Source: Acidobacteriota bacterium (GTDB lineage: Bacteria > Acidobacteriota > Vicinamibacteria > Vicinamibacterales > UBA2999). Taken from it: a stretch of 64,000 bases of DNA. How positions within the stretch are numbered: the stretch's first letter is position 1; every line of letters begins with the position of its first letter. The notes below the pieces were generated by a model, which saw only the letters and a list, made by a program, of their open reading frames with translations, ran no database searches and was not told where the DNA came from. The translations under genes and the position numbers were made by a program. The DNA lies in assembly GCA_046726375.1 (NCBI GenBank), contig JBKPAJ010000065.1, positions 6,724 through 70,723 of the forward strand, written 5' to 3'. Shown here piece after piece: positions 16,602 to 26,264 of the stretch.

Positions 16602-17555
16602 GTGAGTTCCGTGAACGCGATGTCGAATCCCGCCGCGAGCTTCGAGCCGTACCGCCGGCGCCTGCTCGGTCTCGCCTACCGCATGCTCGGGTCGATGGCC
16701 GACGCCGAGGACGCGGTGCAGGAGGCGTACTTGCGCTGGCATTCGGCCAACCGCGACAACGTGTCGAACCCGAGAGCGTTTCTCATGACCACGACGACGC
16801 GGATTTGTCTCGACATGCTGACCTCGGCGCGTGCCCGGCGCGAGGAGTACGTCGGCCCGTGGCTGCCGGAGCCGGTTGTTGACACCGAAGCGCTCGCGCC
16901 CGACAGCCGCACGGAGCTGGCCGAGGATCTCTCCATCGCGCTGCTCTTGGCGCTCGACCGGCTGTCGCCACTCGAGCGGGCGGCCTTCCTGCTGCACGAC
17001 GTGTTCGATTTCTCGTTCAACGAAGTGGCCACGGCACTGGAGCGGAGCGAGGCTGCATGCCGGCAGCTTGCCGCGCGCGCACGCGCAAACGTGCGCGCTG
17101 CGCGGCCACGCGGCGCGATCGCGCCGCCGGCGCGTTCGGGCCAGATCGATGCGAAACATGCGCAGCTCCTGTCTGCATTCGCGGCGGCAACCCAGTCGGG
17201 CGATCTGACTGCACTGACGCAGATGCTCGCGAGCGACGTGCGCGTGGTGACGGACGGCGGTGGCAAGGTGCGGGCGGCGCAGAACGTGATCGAGGGCGCC
17301 GATCGCGTGGCGCGGTTCCTGGTTGACGCCACACGCAAACGCCCAGGTGCCTGGTGGCGCGACGACTTCACGCTGCGCTTCGCGACCATCAACGGCCTGC
17401 CCGCTGTCATCGTGGACGGACCCGAAGGACCCGTGCAGACGGCGGCGTTCGAGATCGAGGGCGACGTGATACGAGCGCTGTACGTGGTGCGCAATCCGGA
17501 CAAGTTGCGGCATTTGGCGGCCGCATCGGCGCCGCACGAGAGCGGTCGCGGCTGA
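16602..17555 (+). CDS. ECF41-group sigma factor (SigJ-like) with fused SnoaL-like C-terminal domain
   Basis: Sigma regions 2 and 4 (DAEDAVQEAYLRWH, RICLDMLTSARARR, ERAAFLLHDVFDFSFNEVA) are followed by a C-terminal extension carrying the DGGGK (VTDGGGKV) and NPDKL (VRNPDKLRHL) signatures described for ECF41. An alternative start is ATG 16620. Confidence 0.9.
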   Translation: MSSVNAMSNPAASFEPYRRRLLGLAYRMLGSMADAEDAVQEAYLRWHSANRDNVSNPRAFLMTTTTRICLDMLTSARARREEYVGPWLPEPVVDTEALAPDSRTELAEDLSIALLLALDRLSPLERAAFLLHDVFDFSFNEVATALERSEAACRQLAARARANVRAARPRGAIAPPARSGQIDAKHAQLLSAFAAATQSGDLTALTQMLASDVRVVTDGGGKVRAAQNVIEGADRVARFLVDATRKRPGAWWRDDFTLRFATINGLPAVIVDGPEGPVQTAAFEIEGDVIRALYVVRNPDKLRHLAAASAPHESGRG

Positions 17556-17573
17556 ACAAGCGGCCGTCACAAC

Positions 17574-17909
17574 GTGGAGGAGCTCACGAGAATCGTGATC
17601 ATCGAGATGCGCACGTATCGAGCGAAGCAAGGCATGCGCGACGAATTTTTACGTATCTTTCGCTCGAAGATGGTTCCGCCTCACGTCGAGAGCGGGATGA
17701 AGATCCTAGGTCCATTCCTGTCGATTGACGATCCGGACACATTCTTCTTTATGCGCGGGTTTCCTGACCGGAGTTCGCACGAGCCGATGAAGGCAAGGTT
17801 CCACGACGGAGACCTGTGGACGAACGAGCTGAAGCACCTCTTGGTGCCAATGCTCGACAACTACGACGTCGTCGTCGTGGAAGACGCGGACGGCGTCATT
17901 CGCTGGTAG
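17574..17909 (+). CDS. NIPSNAP-family protein
   Basis: IIEMRTYRAKQGMRDEFLRIF...GPFLSIDDPDTFFFMRGFPD is the dimeric alpha-beta barrel NIPSNAP pattern. GTG start. Confidence 0.65.
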   Translation: MEELTRIVIIEMRTYRAKQGMRDEFLRIFRSKMVPPHVESGMKILGPFLSIDDPDTFFFMRGFPDRSSHEPMKARFHDGDLWTNELKHLLVPMLDNYDVVVVEDADGVIRW

Positions 17910-17937
17910 GACGTGTTGCGTGGAAGAGGAGGCTCAG

Positions 17938-18360
17938 ATGGCTCAGACAACCGAATCCGGAAGCGTAGAACGACACACGATCATCAAGAGCGTTCATGGC
18001 ATTCGCTATCAAGTAAAAGATGTCGCTCGCGCGGTCGCGTTCTATACGCAGCACCTCGGATTCACAGTGGAACACCAGCAACTCCCGGCATTTGCGAGCG
18101 TCTCGCTGGGCGACACGCGGATGCTGCTCAGCGGTCCCGGTGCATCAGGCTCGCGGCCGATGCCGAACGGTGAGCCGCAGGAGCCGGGCGGTTGGAATCG
18201 GGTCGTCTTGAAGGTCTCCGATCTACCAGGGCTCATCGGTGAATTCAAGAAGGCGGGACTACGGTTTCGCAACGAGGTAGAGACCGGGCCTGGTGGTCGA
18301 CAGGTCCAAATCGAGGATCCTGACGGGAATCCCATCGAGCTGTTCGAATCCGCTCGCTGA
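17938..18360 (+). CDS. VOC-family glyoxalase-like protein
   Basis: GGAAGAGGAGG lies before ATG 17938. IRYQVKDVARAVAFYTQHLGFTV...NRVVLKVSDLPGLIGEFKKAGLRFRNE...DPDGNPIELFE. Confidence 0.85.
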   Translation: MAQTTESGSVERHTIIKSVHGIRYQVKDVARAVAFYTQHLGFTVEHQQLPAFASVSLGDTRMLLSGPGASGSRPMPNGEPQEPGGWNRVVLKVSDLPGLIGEFKKAGLRFRNEVETGPGGRQVQIEDPDGNPIELFESAR

Positions 18361-18368
18361 CTCCCGTC

Positions 18369-19103
18369 TCACCGCGGTGACCAGTGCGGGCCGTCTGGGT
18401 ATGCAAGTTTCGCGTACCACCCACCGCGCCCCTGCGGTGTGAGATCGAGAAGATTGTAGACGGGGGTCAGCAGGTCGATTCCCCGCTCTTTGACATCTTC
18501 GGCCATCCAGGGGTGTGCGGAGTAAGAGTGACGGAGCGTGCCGTCGCGATCCCGGGTAAAGACCGAGATGGTCGAGTCCTGCCTGCCTTCGGCATCCTCG
18601 CTGCGAAGGTCATATTTGAACGTGCTGTTCCCGCAACTGAGCAGCCGAAGGTTGCGCCACCCTCGAGCGCGAGCGTGCTGGCGCAGGGCAGGCGGATCCG
18701 CGGCGGCGGCGATGGCGAAGTCGACGTTCTGGGCGAGATGATGACTGACGCCGTTGTAGGCGTCGATCCACATCGTGCACATCGGGCAGGGATTGGTCTC
18801 ACGCTTCCCGTACATCAAATGGTAGATGATCACTGACCGATCGGGCCCGCTGAACAGTTCGCTCAAGCGGACCGTCTGGATCGGGGTGTCCCCCGCATCG
18901 AGGTTCGACGGCCCTTCCTGAAACACATAGTCCTGGACGATCGCGCCCGCCGGAAGGCGACGGCGCATCGCAGCGACCCGTTCGCGCTGTCGCATCAACT
19001 CGATTTCCACCAGGCGGAGCTCTTCGCGTCGTGCGGCGTACTCGGCCGACTCGTTCGTCAGCCGGGTCAATTGCAGCGTACCGTTGATAGTCTCGATTGC
19101 CAT
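18369..19103 (-). CDS. DUF899-type thioredoxin-like domain protein
   Basis: The N-terminal coiled region (YAARREELRLVEIELMRQRERVAAMRRRLP), then CPMCTMWIDAYNG and LLSCGNSTFKYD, fit the DUF899 family layout. Confidence 0.8.
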   Translation of the reverse strand: MAIETINGTLQLTRLTNESAEYAARREELRLVEIELMRQRERVAAMRRRLPAGAIVQDYVFQEGPSNLDAGDTPIQTVRLSELFSGPDRSVIIYHLMYGKRETNPCPMCTMWIDAYNGVSHHLAQNVDFAIAAAADPPALRQHARARGWRNLRLLSCGNSTFKYDLRSEDAEGRQDSTISVFTRDRDGTLRHSYSAHPWMAEDVKERGIDLLTPVYNLLDLTPQGRGGWYAKLAYPDGPHWSPR

Positions 19104-19450
19104 AGGCCACTATGCGCCGCGACGATGGAGTCGTGTCAAGCTGTTCGATTGCGAGGCGTCAACGTTGTATGGTGATCTCAGATGCTTGAAGAACGGCTCC
19201 TTAGCATTGGTGTCGAGTGCTACGCCGGCCATCGTGGCGAGCAGACGCCACGCATACTGATCTTGGAGATCCGCGCATCGTCGTCGCGGAGGTGGTCGAC
19301 GCGTGGCTGGCGGCCGACTACCGGTACTTCAAATTGAAAGGTGCCGACGGCAATACGTACCTCGGCCGCCACGATGAGCGATCCAATATCTGGGAACTAA
19401 CGCCCTGGTCCATCCGCGTCGTTTTGCCCGATGCATTAGCGTGCAGACTG

Positions 19451-19867
19451 TCAGGACTGTTTTTCGGGCTCAGCCTGGTCCACGAAGCCTCCCTGCGGCG
19501 CCCTGTGAGGCAAAGACCAGCCGAAGTACACCTCGACATCGACGATGTGCTGGCCCCGAATGGTCAGAATCTCGGTGTTCCGAAATCGATGACCATTCGT
19601 ATTGCGTCCTTCATAAGTGACGAACACGCGATCGGCGTCGGTGACGAGATTGATGAAGTCGAACCTCTCGATGACCTTGCTGTTTGGCCAGCACCGCCGG
19701 AAATACGTGTCCCGGTCGAGGCGATTGTCGAGAGGGCTCGTGAAATGAAAATCGCTGGCAAGGAGAGCCTCGAGGGCCGCTCGGTCCTTGGTCACGTAAG
19801 CGTCGTAGGCGGCTCGCGCAATCTCCACGTTGCTGGTTGTCGCATTCGCGGCAGTCTGCGTGGTCAT
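19451..19867 (-). CDS. SnoaL-like/NTF2-fold protein
   Basis: GAAGGAGG lies before ATG 19867. NVEIARAAYDAYVTKDRAALEALLASDFHFTSPLD...VFVTYEGRNTNGHRFRNTEILTIRGQHIVDVEVYFG. Confidence 0.8.
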   Translation of the reverse strand: MTTQTAANATTSNVEIARAAYDAYVTKDRAALEALLASDFHFTSPLDNRLDRDTYFRRCWPNSKVIERFDFINLVTDADRVFVTYEGRNTNGHRFRNTEILTIRGQHIVDVEVYFGWSLPHRAPQGGFVDQAEPEKQS

Positions 19868-20153
19868 GTAATCCTCCTTCGAGTTATGAATTGGCCGTGT
19901 CAGAGGCGTAAGCCACAATTCGTTGGTGCGATGAGCTTGGCTTTCGGGTTAGCCCAGTTCCCTGTTGAGGAGATGCCAGATTCAAACCAACGCTTCGACG
20001 GCAGGCCTTATTGTTCGGCCAGCTTCCTTGAGGTTGTCGTCTCGCGGGAGTCGCATTGAACGCTCTTCTCTATATTCAACATTCAAGTCCATCGCTTTGA
20101 CCGCCGACGAACTCGACGTCACTGTCACGGCTGGCCGTCCAGTTGAATAGATA

Positions 20154-20663
20154 ATGAACACAATGCGAACTGAACGAGAAAGCACTGGCGACTCAGCGCT
20201 GAACCTCTGGCGTTTGTCGTTGATGTCGACTGCGATGACGATGACCGCCGCGGTCGCGCACGTGATGGAGTTGCCGGCCAAGATGCGCTACGAACGGTCG
20301 CTGTGATTCAGACTACCGCACGTTGTACCCGAACTTCGGGCAGGACTGCGGGACTGGCTGAAGTGGCGCCGGTGATCTCAACCCATCTGCTCGCGTGGCG
20401 GACGCGGCGTGAGCGACGCGAGGCGTTCCGATCGACCGCTGTCGCGGCCGTGTGCCTCGCGGCCGCGCACGCCATCTTCCGGGGGGCCGTGCAGCACAGT
20501 CAAAGTCGAGGTGATGCGATGGCCGCCTGATGCGATTCCGCACGATTGGGAGAACCGGCGCGACCGCTGGGAATATGGTCACGCGATCCGCGCCGGGCTC
20601 GTGACCGCCGCTCTCGGAGCATTGGTGACGTCAATGCCATCGCCCGTCAAATCAATCGGGTGA
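20154..20663 (+). pseudogene. DUF1772 (anthrone-oxygenase-like) membrane protein, multiple frameshifts
   Basis: The family-like sequence is split over frames: ...AAVAHVMELPAKMRYERSL* / DYRTLYPNFG / RTAGLAEVAPVISTHLLAWRTRRER...AAHAIF / VEVMRWPPDAIPHDWENRRDRWEYGHAIRAGLVTAALGAL. Confidence 0.55.
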
Positions 20664-21062
20664 GCAGATTGTCCGACCAGAATGGATCGTCCCGTATCCC
20701 GTACCACGCGTCCGCGCGACACCTCTGGCTATGACGCTCATCGATACACTCCGACTGAAGGAGAACGAGGAGGTGTGTAGAACTCGCAAGTAACTATGTT
20801 CTGGTGATTTTCCGCCCTTCAGCAGTTAGGTGTCCAAGATTTGCATACACTCGCCGGAACTACCGCGGCGAGTGCCGGAGGCCCACCTCCATGCGGTGAT
20901 GAGGTGGGTCGACCCCTCAACGGCTCCGCCGCCTACGACGCGCTGAGGAACGCCCGGGCGCTGCGCTGGCCCGCCGCACGATGCCTCGGCGGCCAATTCG
21001 CCCAATGCGTTCGACGCGGAGACCGCGGCGTTCGCCTGATCGAGCACAAGGAGCACACGAAC

Positions 21063-21539
21063 ATGCAGCCAAAGAACACGATCTGCCTCTGGTTCGACAA
21101 GGACGCGCAGGAGGCGGCGCGCTTCTACGCCGCCACCTTTCCGGATAGTCAAGTGACCGCTGTTCACGAGGCGCCTGGTGACTACCCGGGCGGTAAGGAG
21201 GGCGATGTACTGACGGTGGAGTTCACTGTTCTGGGCATTCCCTGTCTCGGTCTCAACGGCGGCCCGGAGTTCAGGCACAGCGAGGCCTTTTCCTTCCAGA
21301 TCGCGACGGACAATCAGGAAGAGACGGACCGCTACTGGAACGCGATCGTCGGCAATGGCGGCAAGGAAAGCCAGTGCGGTTGGTGCAAGGACCGCTGGGG
21401 CCTCTCCTGGCAGATCACCCCGCGCGCGCTCACCGAGGCGCTTGCGGCTGGTGGCGGTGAGGCAAAGCGTGCCTTCGAGGCGATGATGCCGATGAAGAAG
21501 ATCGACATTGCCACCATCGAGGCAGCGCGGCGGGGCTGA
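21063..21539 (+). CDS. PhnB-like VOC-superfamily protein (3-demethylubiquinone-9 3-methyltransferase-domain type)
   Basis: MQPKNTICLWFDKDAQEAARFYAATFPDS...VEFTVLGIPCLGLNGGPEFRHSEAFSFQI...ETDRYWNAI...CGWCKDRWGLSWQITP. Confidence 0.85.
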   Translation: MQPKNTICLWFDKDAQEAARFYAATFPDSQVTAVHEAPGDYPGGKEGDVLTVEFTVLGIPCLGLNGGPEFRHSEAFSFQIATDNQEETDRYWNAIVGNGGKESQCGWCKDRWGLSWQITPRALTEALAAGGGEAKRAFEAMMPMKKIDIATIEAARRG

Positions 21540-21785
21540 CGTGGACACGACGCGTCGCGCCATCTGACCGACGCTGGAATCCCACCGGCGCACCAGTCGC
21601 GCGTCTTCGACCCGCTCTAAAGGGCCGATGCGATGTGCACTGGATCGAGGGTGCGAACCGGTTCCACCGGAAACGAGCGCTTGACGCGTCGTCCGTGAGC
21701 ATGTTCGCGAGTTCAGAGCTCGGCAGCTCGAAGAGTTCGATTGGATTGCCGTCTGTATAACTCCGGCGCATGAGAAAATCGACGG

Positions 21786-22763
21786 TCACCGCACCAGCGC
21801 GAGGCCGCGTAAATGTTGGGGTGACGTCGCATAACTGGCCGCCTGGCGCCAACTCTTTCCGCCGTCACCCGAGCGGTGTACGCCGCGCTCATCCGCGGCC
21901 CAGAACTCCCCGGTCTTCGCGTCTGCGCAGAGCAGAGGTGCGATTGTGCTGGCTGGCTCCGGCCAGCCCTCGTGCACCCGCTCCCAGCGATCGCGAGTGA
22001 TGCGTCGATACAGCCGGCCATCCGAGCGGCCAGCTACGTACGCGGTGTACGGGCCGGACGACGCTGAAACCACAACGACCTCCGGTTGCTCCGGATTGAT
22101 TGCCACGCTCCGCAAGTAGCCGACCTCGAGACCGGTGCTGGGCGAGTGCCACGTGGCGCCGGCATCGTAACTCTCGAAGTATCCATCGCCAGCGGAGACG
22201 CGCAGGGTGTCGGGAATCATGGGGTGAATGGCGAGCTCGTGGGTGTCCCACGGTCCACCCGGGACGCGATCGCGCCACGTCAGGCCGCCGTCGATCGTGG
22301 ACACGAGCGCGCCGGCCTCTATCGCCACCCAGAGTCGTTCCGGCTCGAGCGGGTGGCACGCGATCCACCGAACGTGATGAGTGTCCGGTCTCGGCGGAAA
22401 GGACCATTCGGACGACGAGGACAGTGTGTCCAACCTGCTGGTCTGCTGCCACGTACTGCCGGCGTCTCCTGACCGCCATACTTCGCTCGGCTCGGTGCCC
22501 ACCCAGACCACGTCCGGCTCCACGGGGCTCGCCGTGACCGCCATAATCAAACGCCCCGCGAGGCCGACCGACTGCCAGGACCTTCCACCATCATCGCTCC
22601 TGAACATGCCGTCGCGGTGGGTGCCACACCAGACACGCCAGCGAACCAGCGGGTCCGCCGCGAGGCACGTAGGACCGCCGCCGAGCCCGTGTGTCGGCGC
22701 GGAGGTGCCTCGCTCAACATCGATGACGAGGACCTCGCGGTCGGTGGCGACGAGTATCGGCAT
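21786..22763 (-). CDS. BNR/sialidase-like beta-propeller protein (Ycf48-like fold)
   Basis: Repeated SxDxGxxW units (SDDGGRSWQ, SGDAGSTWQ, TIDGGLTWR, SYDAGATWH, SGDGGKSWR) across 325 aa. Confidence 0.8.
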   Translation of the reverse strand: MPILVATDREVLVIDVERGTSAPTHGLGGGPTCLAADPLVRWRVWCGTHRDGMFRSDDGGRSWQSVGLAGRLIMAVTASPVEPDVVWVGTEPSEVWRSGDAGSTWQQTSRLDTLSSSSEWSFPPRPDTHHVRWIACHPLEPERLWVAIEAGALVSTIDGGLTWRDRVPGGPWDTHELAIHPMIPDTLRVSAGDGYFESYDAGATWHSPSTGLEVGYLRSVAINPEQPEVVVVSASSGPYTAYVAGRSDGRLYRRITRDRWERVHEGWPEPASTIAPLLCADAKTGEFWAADERGVHRSGDGGKSWRQAASYATSPQHLRGLALVR

Positions 22764-22873
22764 TGATCACTTCCTGTTGGAGTCATTGTCGCGCCGAATG
22801 GGGGAACGAGTTGAACAACGGACTCTCGCTCGGAATTTGAGATGGCTATTTGTTATGGCTATAATCGGACGAC

Positions 22874-23116
22874 ATGAAAGTCAGTGTCGCCGAAGCGAAG
22901 AATACGCTTCCTAAGCTGATTAAGGCCGTCGAAGACGGCCAGTCCGTAACGATCTACCGCCACGGAACGCCGGTGGTGGACATCGTCCGGACTACGAAGG
23001 CCGATCCAAAGAAGCCGAAGTTCGGGACATTGAAAGGAAAGGTGACCGCTCTCGACCCCGACTGGTGGAAGCCGATGACGGACGATGAGGTCGAAGCCCT
23101 CCTCGATGGCCGTTAA
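22874..23116 (+). CDS. type II antitoxin, Phd/YefM family
   Basis: MKVSVAEAKNTLPKLIKAVEDGQSVTIYRHGTPVVDIV is the Phd/YefM N-terminal fold. It is 80 aa and lies 3 nt upstream of the PIN gene. Confidence 0.85.
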   Translation: MKVSVAEAKNTLPKLIKAVEDGQSVTIYRHGTPVVDIVRTTKADPKKPKFGTLKGKVTALDPDWWKPMTDDEVEALLDGR

Positions 23117-23119
23117 CGC

Positions 23120-23500
23120 ATGCGGCTCATTCTCGACACGGTCACCTTTATCTGGGCGATCAGCACTCCGGAGCGCCTGTCCCGTGCCGCGATGTCCGCT
23201 GTGCGAAAAGCGACTGCGATGCGCGAAATCAGCGTCGTTTCCCTGACCGAGATTGCCGTTAAACAGACCAGAGGGAGGCTGACGTTGAGCAAGGCGGACG
23301 CGATCGCAGGCGTCGCTGATCTGCGATTGCGGGTCTTGCCGTACGGGACGGAGCATGCTTTCCGCCTCTTCGATCTGCCCACACATCATGCCGATCCTTT
23401 CGACCGTCAAATCATCGCCCAGGCCCTCGTGGAAAAGATTCCGGTCGTCACGCCTGACGAATCCTTCAAGCTTTACGAGGGCCTGAAGGTCATATGGTGA
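23120..23500 (+). CDS. vapC: type II toxin, PIN-domain ribonuclease (VapC)
   Basis: MRLILDTVTFIW...SLTEIAVK...HHADPFDRQIIAQALVEKIPVVTPD carries the conserved acidic PIN residues (D6, E, D, D). Confidence 0.85.
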   Translation: MRLILDTVTFIWAISTPERLSRAAMSAVRKATAMREISVVSLTEIAVKQTRGRLTLSKADAIAGVADLRLRVLPYGTEHAFRLFDLPTHHADPFDRQIIAQALVEKIPVVTPDESFKLYEGLKVIW

Positions 23501-23610
23501 GTGGACCGGTGGCGTAGAAGACGCGATCAGGATCGGCCTTGAAGGCCCGCCCGATCTTTTTCGACACAACGTGCGAGCGCGCTTGGCGTGGACCTGGCAG
23601 TGAATAGTTC

Positions 23611-23814
23611 CTATCGTCTCGCCTTCAGTGCGCAACGGAGGTCGTCGATCCCATGAAGTCGCTGGTAGTAGCAGCCGTGAGGACCGGCGATCAATGGAAC
23701 CAGCGCTTTCCACAACATGAAGAGGAGCAGCCCGACCACGATTGAGACATTCACGGCGGTGGTCCTCTTTCCCCACCACGTGTCTGCCCACCAGGGGCCG
23801 TGCTTGCGAGCCAT
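23611..23814 (-). CDS. hypothetical small membrane protein
   Basis: A 67-aa ORF from ATG 23814 with one TM helix (VNVSIVVGLLLFMLWKALVPLIA), divergent from the sigma gene. No homology recognised. The track ORF extension to 24102 is antisense to the sigma gene. Confidence 0.3.
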   Translation of the reverse strand: MARKHGPWWADTWWGKRTTAVNVSIVVGLLLFMLWKALVPLIAGPHGCYYQRLHGIDDLRCALKARR

Positions 23815-23855
23815 GACGTTTTGGTAGTTTACACATCTGAGGCGACACGCGCACG

Positions 23856-24965
23856 ATGTCGAAGAATAGCGAACCGCACGAGGGAAACACTGCTGCGCAG
23901 GACGACCGTAATGCGTCTCCTGACGTGTCAATCGGTGGCGGCGAGACGGCTGCGGTTGTGGACGCGGTGCGCAATGGCAACGAGTCCGAATTTGCGGCGC
24001 TCGCGGAACGCTATCGGCGCCAGTTGCGCGTCCACTGCTATCGCATCCTGGGCTCGGTGGACGACGCCGAAGACCTCGTGCAGGACACGTTCTTGCGCGC
24101 ATGGCGCGGTCGCGAGCAGTTCGAGGGGCGCTCGCTGTTCCGCACCTGGCTGTACCGCATTGCCACCAACGCGTGCCTCAATGTGCTCGAGCGGGCTCCG
24201 CGCCGCATCATGCCACAGGATGTGGCACCACCCGTGACCGCGGCCACGAACGCCTCGGAAGCGCGCGCTGAGCCGCCGTGGGCGCCGGAACTTCCATGGG
24301 TTCAGCCGTACCCTGACGAACTGCTCGAGCCCGCTGCGCCGACCGAGACGGCGCCCGACGCGATCATCGTTTCGCGCGAGACGATCGAGCTCGCATTCAT
24401 TGTGGCGCTGCAACACCTCCCTGGAAGACAGCGGGCGATCTTGATCCTGCGCGACGTGCTTGGCTGGTCGGCGAGGGAGACAGCCGCGCTGCTCGACACG
24501 ACTGTGCAGTCGGTGAATGCCGCGCTGCAGCGCGCACGTTCGACGCTGCGGACGCTCCGCCGCGGCGAGCGCCGCGACGCGGCAGCCACACGGACTGAAC
24601 GCGAGCGTGACCTGCTCGAGCGGTTCATGACCGCGTGGGAGAACAAAGACGCCCACGCGCTCACAGTGCTTCTGCGCGACGACGCCCGCTGGTCGATGCC
24701 ACCGGCGCCGCTGTGGTTCGACGGGCGCGCGGCAATCGAACGCCTGTTCGCGCTCTTCCCAATGGAGCGGCGCGGCGATTTTCGCATGTTGCCGACAGCA
24801 GCCAACCGCCAGCCCGCTGCTGCCGGGTATCTCCGCCCACATGGCCAGTCTTCGTTCCGCCTGACAGGAGTCGCGGTGCTGCGTGTGGAAGATGATCAGA
24901 TTGCCGAAGTGATCTCGTTCTCGCCCGTGCTGGTCTCCCAATTCCGATTGCCGCCGATGCTCTAA
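23856..24965 (+). CDS. ECF sigma factor with C-terminal SnoaL-like domain (SigG/ECF56-like)
   Basis: AEDLVQDTFLRAWRGREQFEGRSLFRTWLYRIATNACLNVLER (region 2) and RQRAILILRDVLGWSARETAALLDTTVQSVNAALQRAR (region 4), followed by about 130 aa of NTF2-like tail. Confidence 0.85.
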   Translation: MSKNSEPHEGNTAAQDDRNASPDVSIGGGETAAVVDAVRNGNESEFAALAERYRRQLRVHCYRILGSVDDAEDLVQDTFLRAWRGREQFEGRSLFRTWLYRIATNACLNVLERAPRRIMPQDVAPPVTAATNASEARAEPPWAPELPWVQPYPDELLEPAAPTETAPDAIIVSRETIELAFIVALQHLPGRQRAILILRDVLGWSARETAALLDTTVQSVNAALQRARSTLRTLRRGERRDAAATRTERERDLLERFMTAWENKDAHALTVLLRDDARWSMPPAPLWFDGRAAIERLFALFPMERRGDFRMLPTAANRQPAAAGYLRPHGQSSFRLTGVAVLRVEDDQIAEVISFSPVLVSQFRLPPML

Positions 24966-24976
24966 CCTCGACCGCC

Positions 24977-24993
24977 GGCGGCCGCCGCCTTTT
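24977..24993 (+). terminator. weak intrinsic-terminator-like hairpin
   Basis: GGCGG-ccg-CCGCC followed by TTTT, 12 nt after the sigma stop. The stem is short, so confidence is low. Confidence 0.3.
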
Positions 24994-25223
24994 CTGCTAT
25001 TCGTTCCCGGCGTTCTTGCCCCTGGCGTGGCGCTGCGTCTGCCATGCCGGACCAGTGAGTTTTTCCTGCGTTCGGGTCTAGGCATACAGGAGGCGTCGAT
25101 TCGACCGAGACGACACACATGTTCACAACGACTTGCCACGTGGCCGTAGGACTGTGCCTGACGGCAGGGTTGATTGCGTCGGCGCAATGGGACGTGTTCA
25201 CACAGGGTGCGGAGGCCGAGGTG

Positions 25224-26081
25224 ATGAAGAAGACGATGAAGGTGCCAGGGGGGAGCTTGTATTACGAGGTCCGCGGATCGGGGCCGGTACTGCTCATGAT
25301 TCCGGGTGGGCCCGCCGATGCCGATGTATTCGCGGGCATCGCGCCGATTCTCGCTGAGCGGTATACCGTAGTCACGTACGATCCCCGGGGAAACTCGCGA
25401 AGCACCCTCGATGGGCCGCCCGACGAGTGGCGGGCTGAGGTCCATGCAGATGACGCCAATTTGCTGCTGAGGGCGTTGGGTACGCAGCCGGCGTACGTGT
25501 TCGGCAGCAGCGGCGGCGCCCTAGTTGGACTCGCACTCGCCACACGCCACGCGGACCGTGTTCAGACGCTCGTCGCGCACGAGCCACCGGCGACAGCGCT
25601 GCTGCCGGATCGCGAACGCCATCGCATCGCCAGCCAGGAGATTTACGAGGTGTACAAGCGAGATGGCGCTGGACCGGCGATGGCGAAGTTCCTCGCGCAG
25701 GCAGGACTCGAAGGCGTTCCGCGGGAAGGGGCAGGACCACAGGCCCAGCCCGGTCCCGAAATGGCGGCAATGATGGCCCGGATGGCGAACAACGTCGATC
25801 TTTTCCTTGCGCATACTTTGCGGCAGGTCGGCGAATGGATTCCGGATATCGCAGCACTCGGTGCCGGTCCAGTTCGTGTCATTGTCGCGGCCGGATCGGC
25901 ATCGCGCGGGCAACTCGCACACGACACCACCGTTGCTTTAGCCGAGCGGCTCGGGACGCAGGTGGTTGACTTCCCTGGGGGCCACGGCGGTTTTGGTAGT
26001 CACGCCGCCGCGTTTGCCGAGAAGCTGAACGAAGTGCTTCGTCGCAGCGACAGCGCGAGCGGTGACGCCGTTCGCAAATGA
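25224..26081 (+). CDS. alpha/beta-fold hydrolase
   Basis: GGAGG lies 8 nt before ATG 25224. It contains LLMIPGGPADA, the nucleophile elbow VFGSSGGALVGL, and FPGGHGGF near the C-terminus. The upstream ATG 25119 lacks an RBS but would add a signal-like peptide. Confidence 0.85.
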   Translation: MKKTMKVPGGSLYYEVRGSGPVLLMIPGGPADADVFAGIAPILAERYTVVTYDPRGNSRSTLDGPPDEWRAEVHADDANLLLRALGTQPAYVFGSSGGALVGLALATRHADRVQTLVAHEPPATALLPDRERHRIASQEIYEVYKRDGAGPAMAKFLAQAGLEGVPREGAGPQAQPGPEMAAMMARMANNVDLFLAHTLRQVGEWIPDIAALGAGPVRVIVAAGSASRGQLAHDTTVALAERLGTQVVDFPGGHGGFGSHAAAFAEKLNEVLRRSDSASGDAVRK

Positions 26082-26230
26082 ACTGATAGTCAGCTTGGTG
26101 TTTATGGGGGGAACTCGAGCTGCGCCGACCAGGTGCGCCATCACCAGGGGCGTTCATCACGGCACTCGGCACCCTCGCATCCATTGGCTCCAAGTAGGCC
26201 CTAACCGTTATCAGGCGAATACGCACGCGC

Positions 26231-26258
26231 TTGACATATTCCTTAATGGGAATATGAT
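26231..26258 (+). promoter_or_regulatory. near-consensus sigma-70 promoter with embedded inverted repeat
   Basis: TTGACA at 26231-26236, 16 nt, TATGAT at 26253-26258. The inverted repeat TATTCC-N6-GGAATA (26237-26254) fills the spacer like an operator. Confidence 0.5.
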
Positions 26259-26264
26259 GAACTC

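Noticed and set aside
19182-20059. 280-aa plus-strand ORF (19217-20059) and an upstream ATG at 19182 encoding LLSIGVECYAGHRGEQTPR.. / ..VVAEVVDAWLAADYRYFKLKGADGNTYLGRHDERSNIWELT.
   Set aside because: The first roughly 75 residues look like a small conserved domain but need a frameshift near 19255 to join the ATG. Everything beyond about 19420 is simply the open antisense frame of the SnoaL-like gene. I treat it as a possible small pseudogene and do not list it as a feature.
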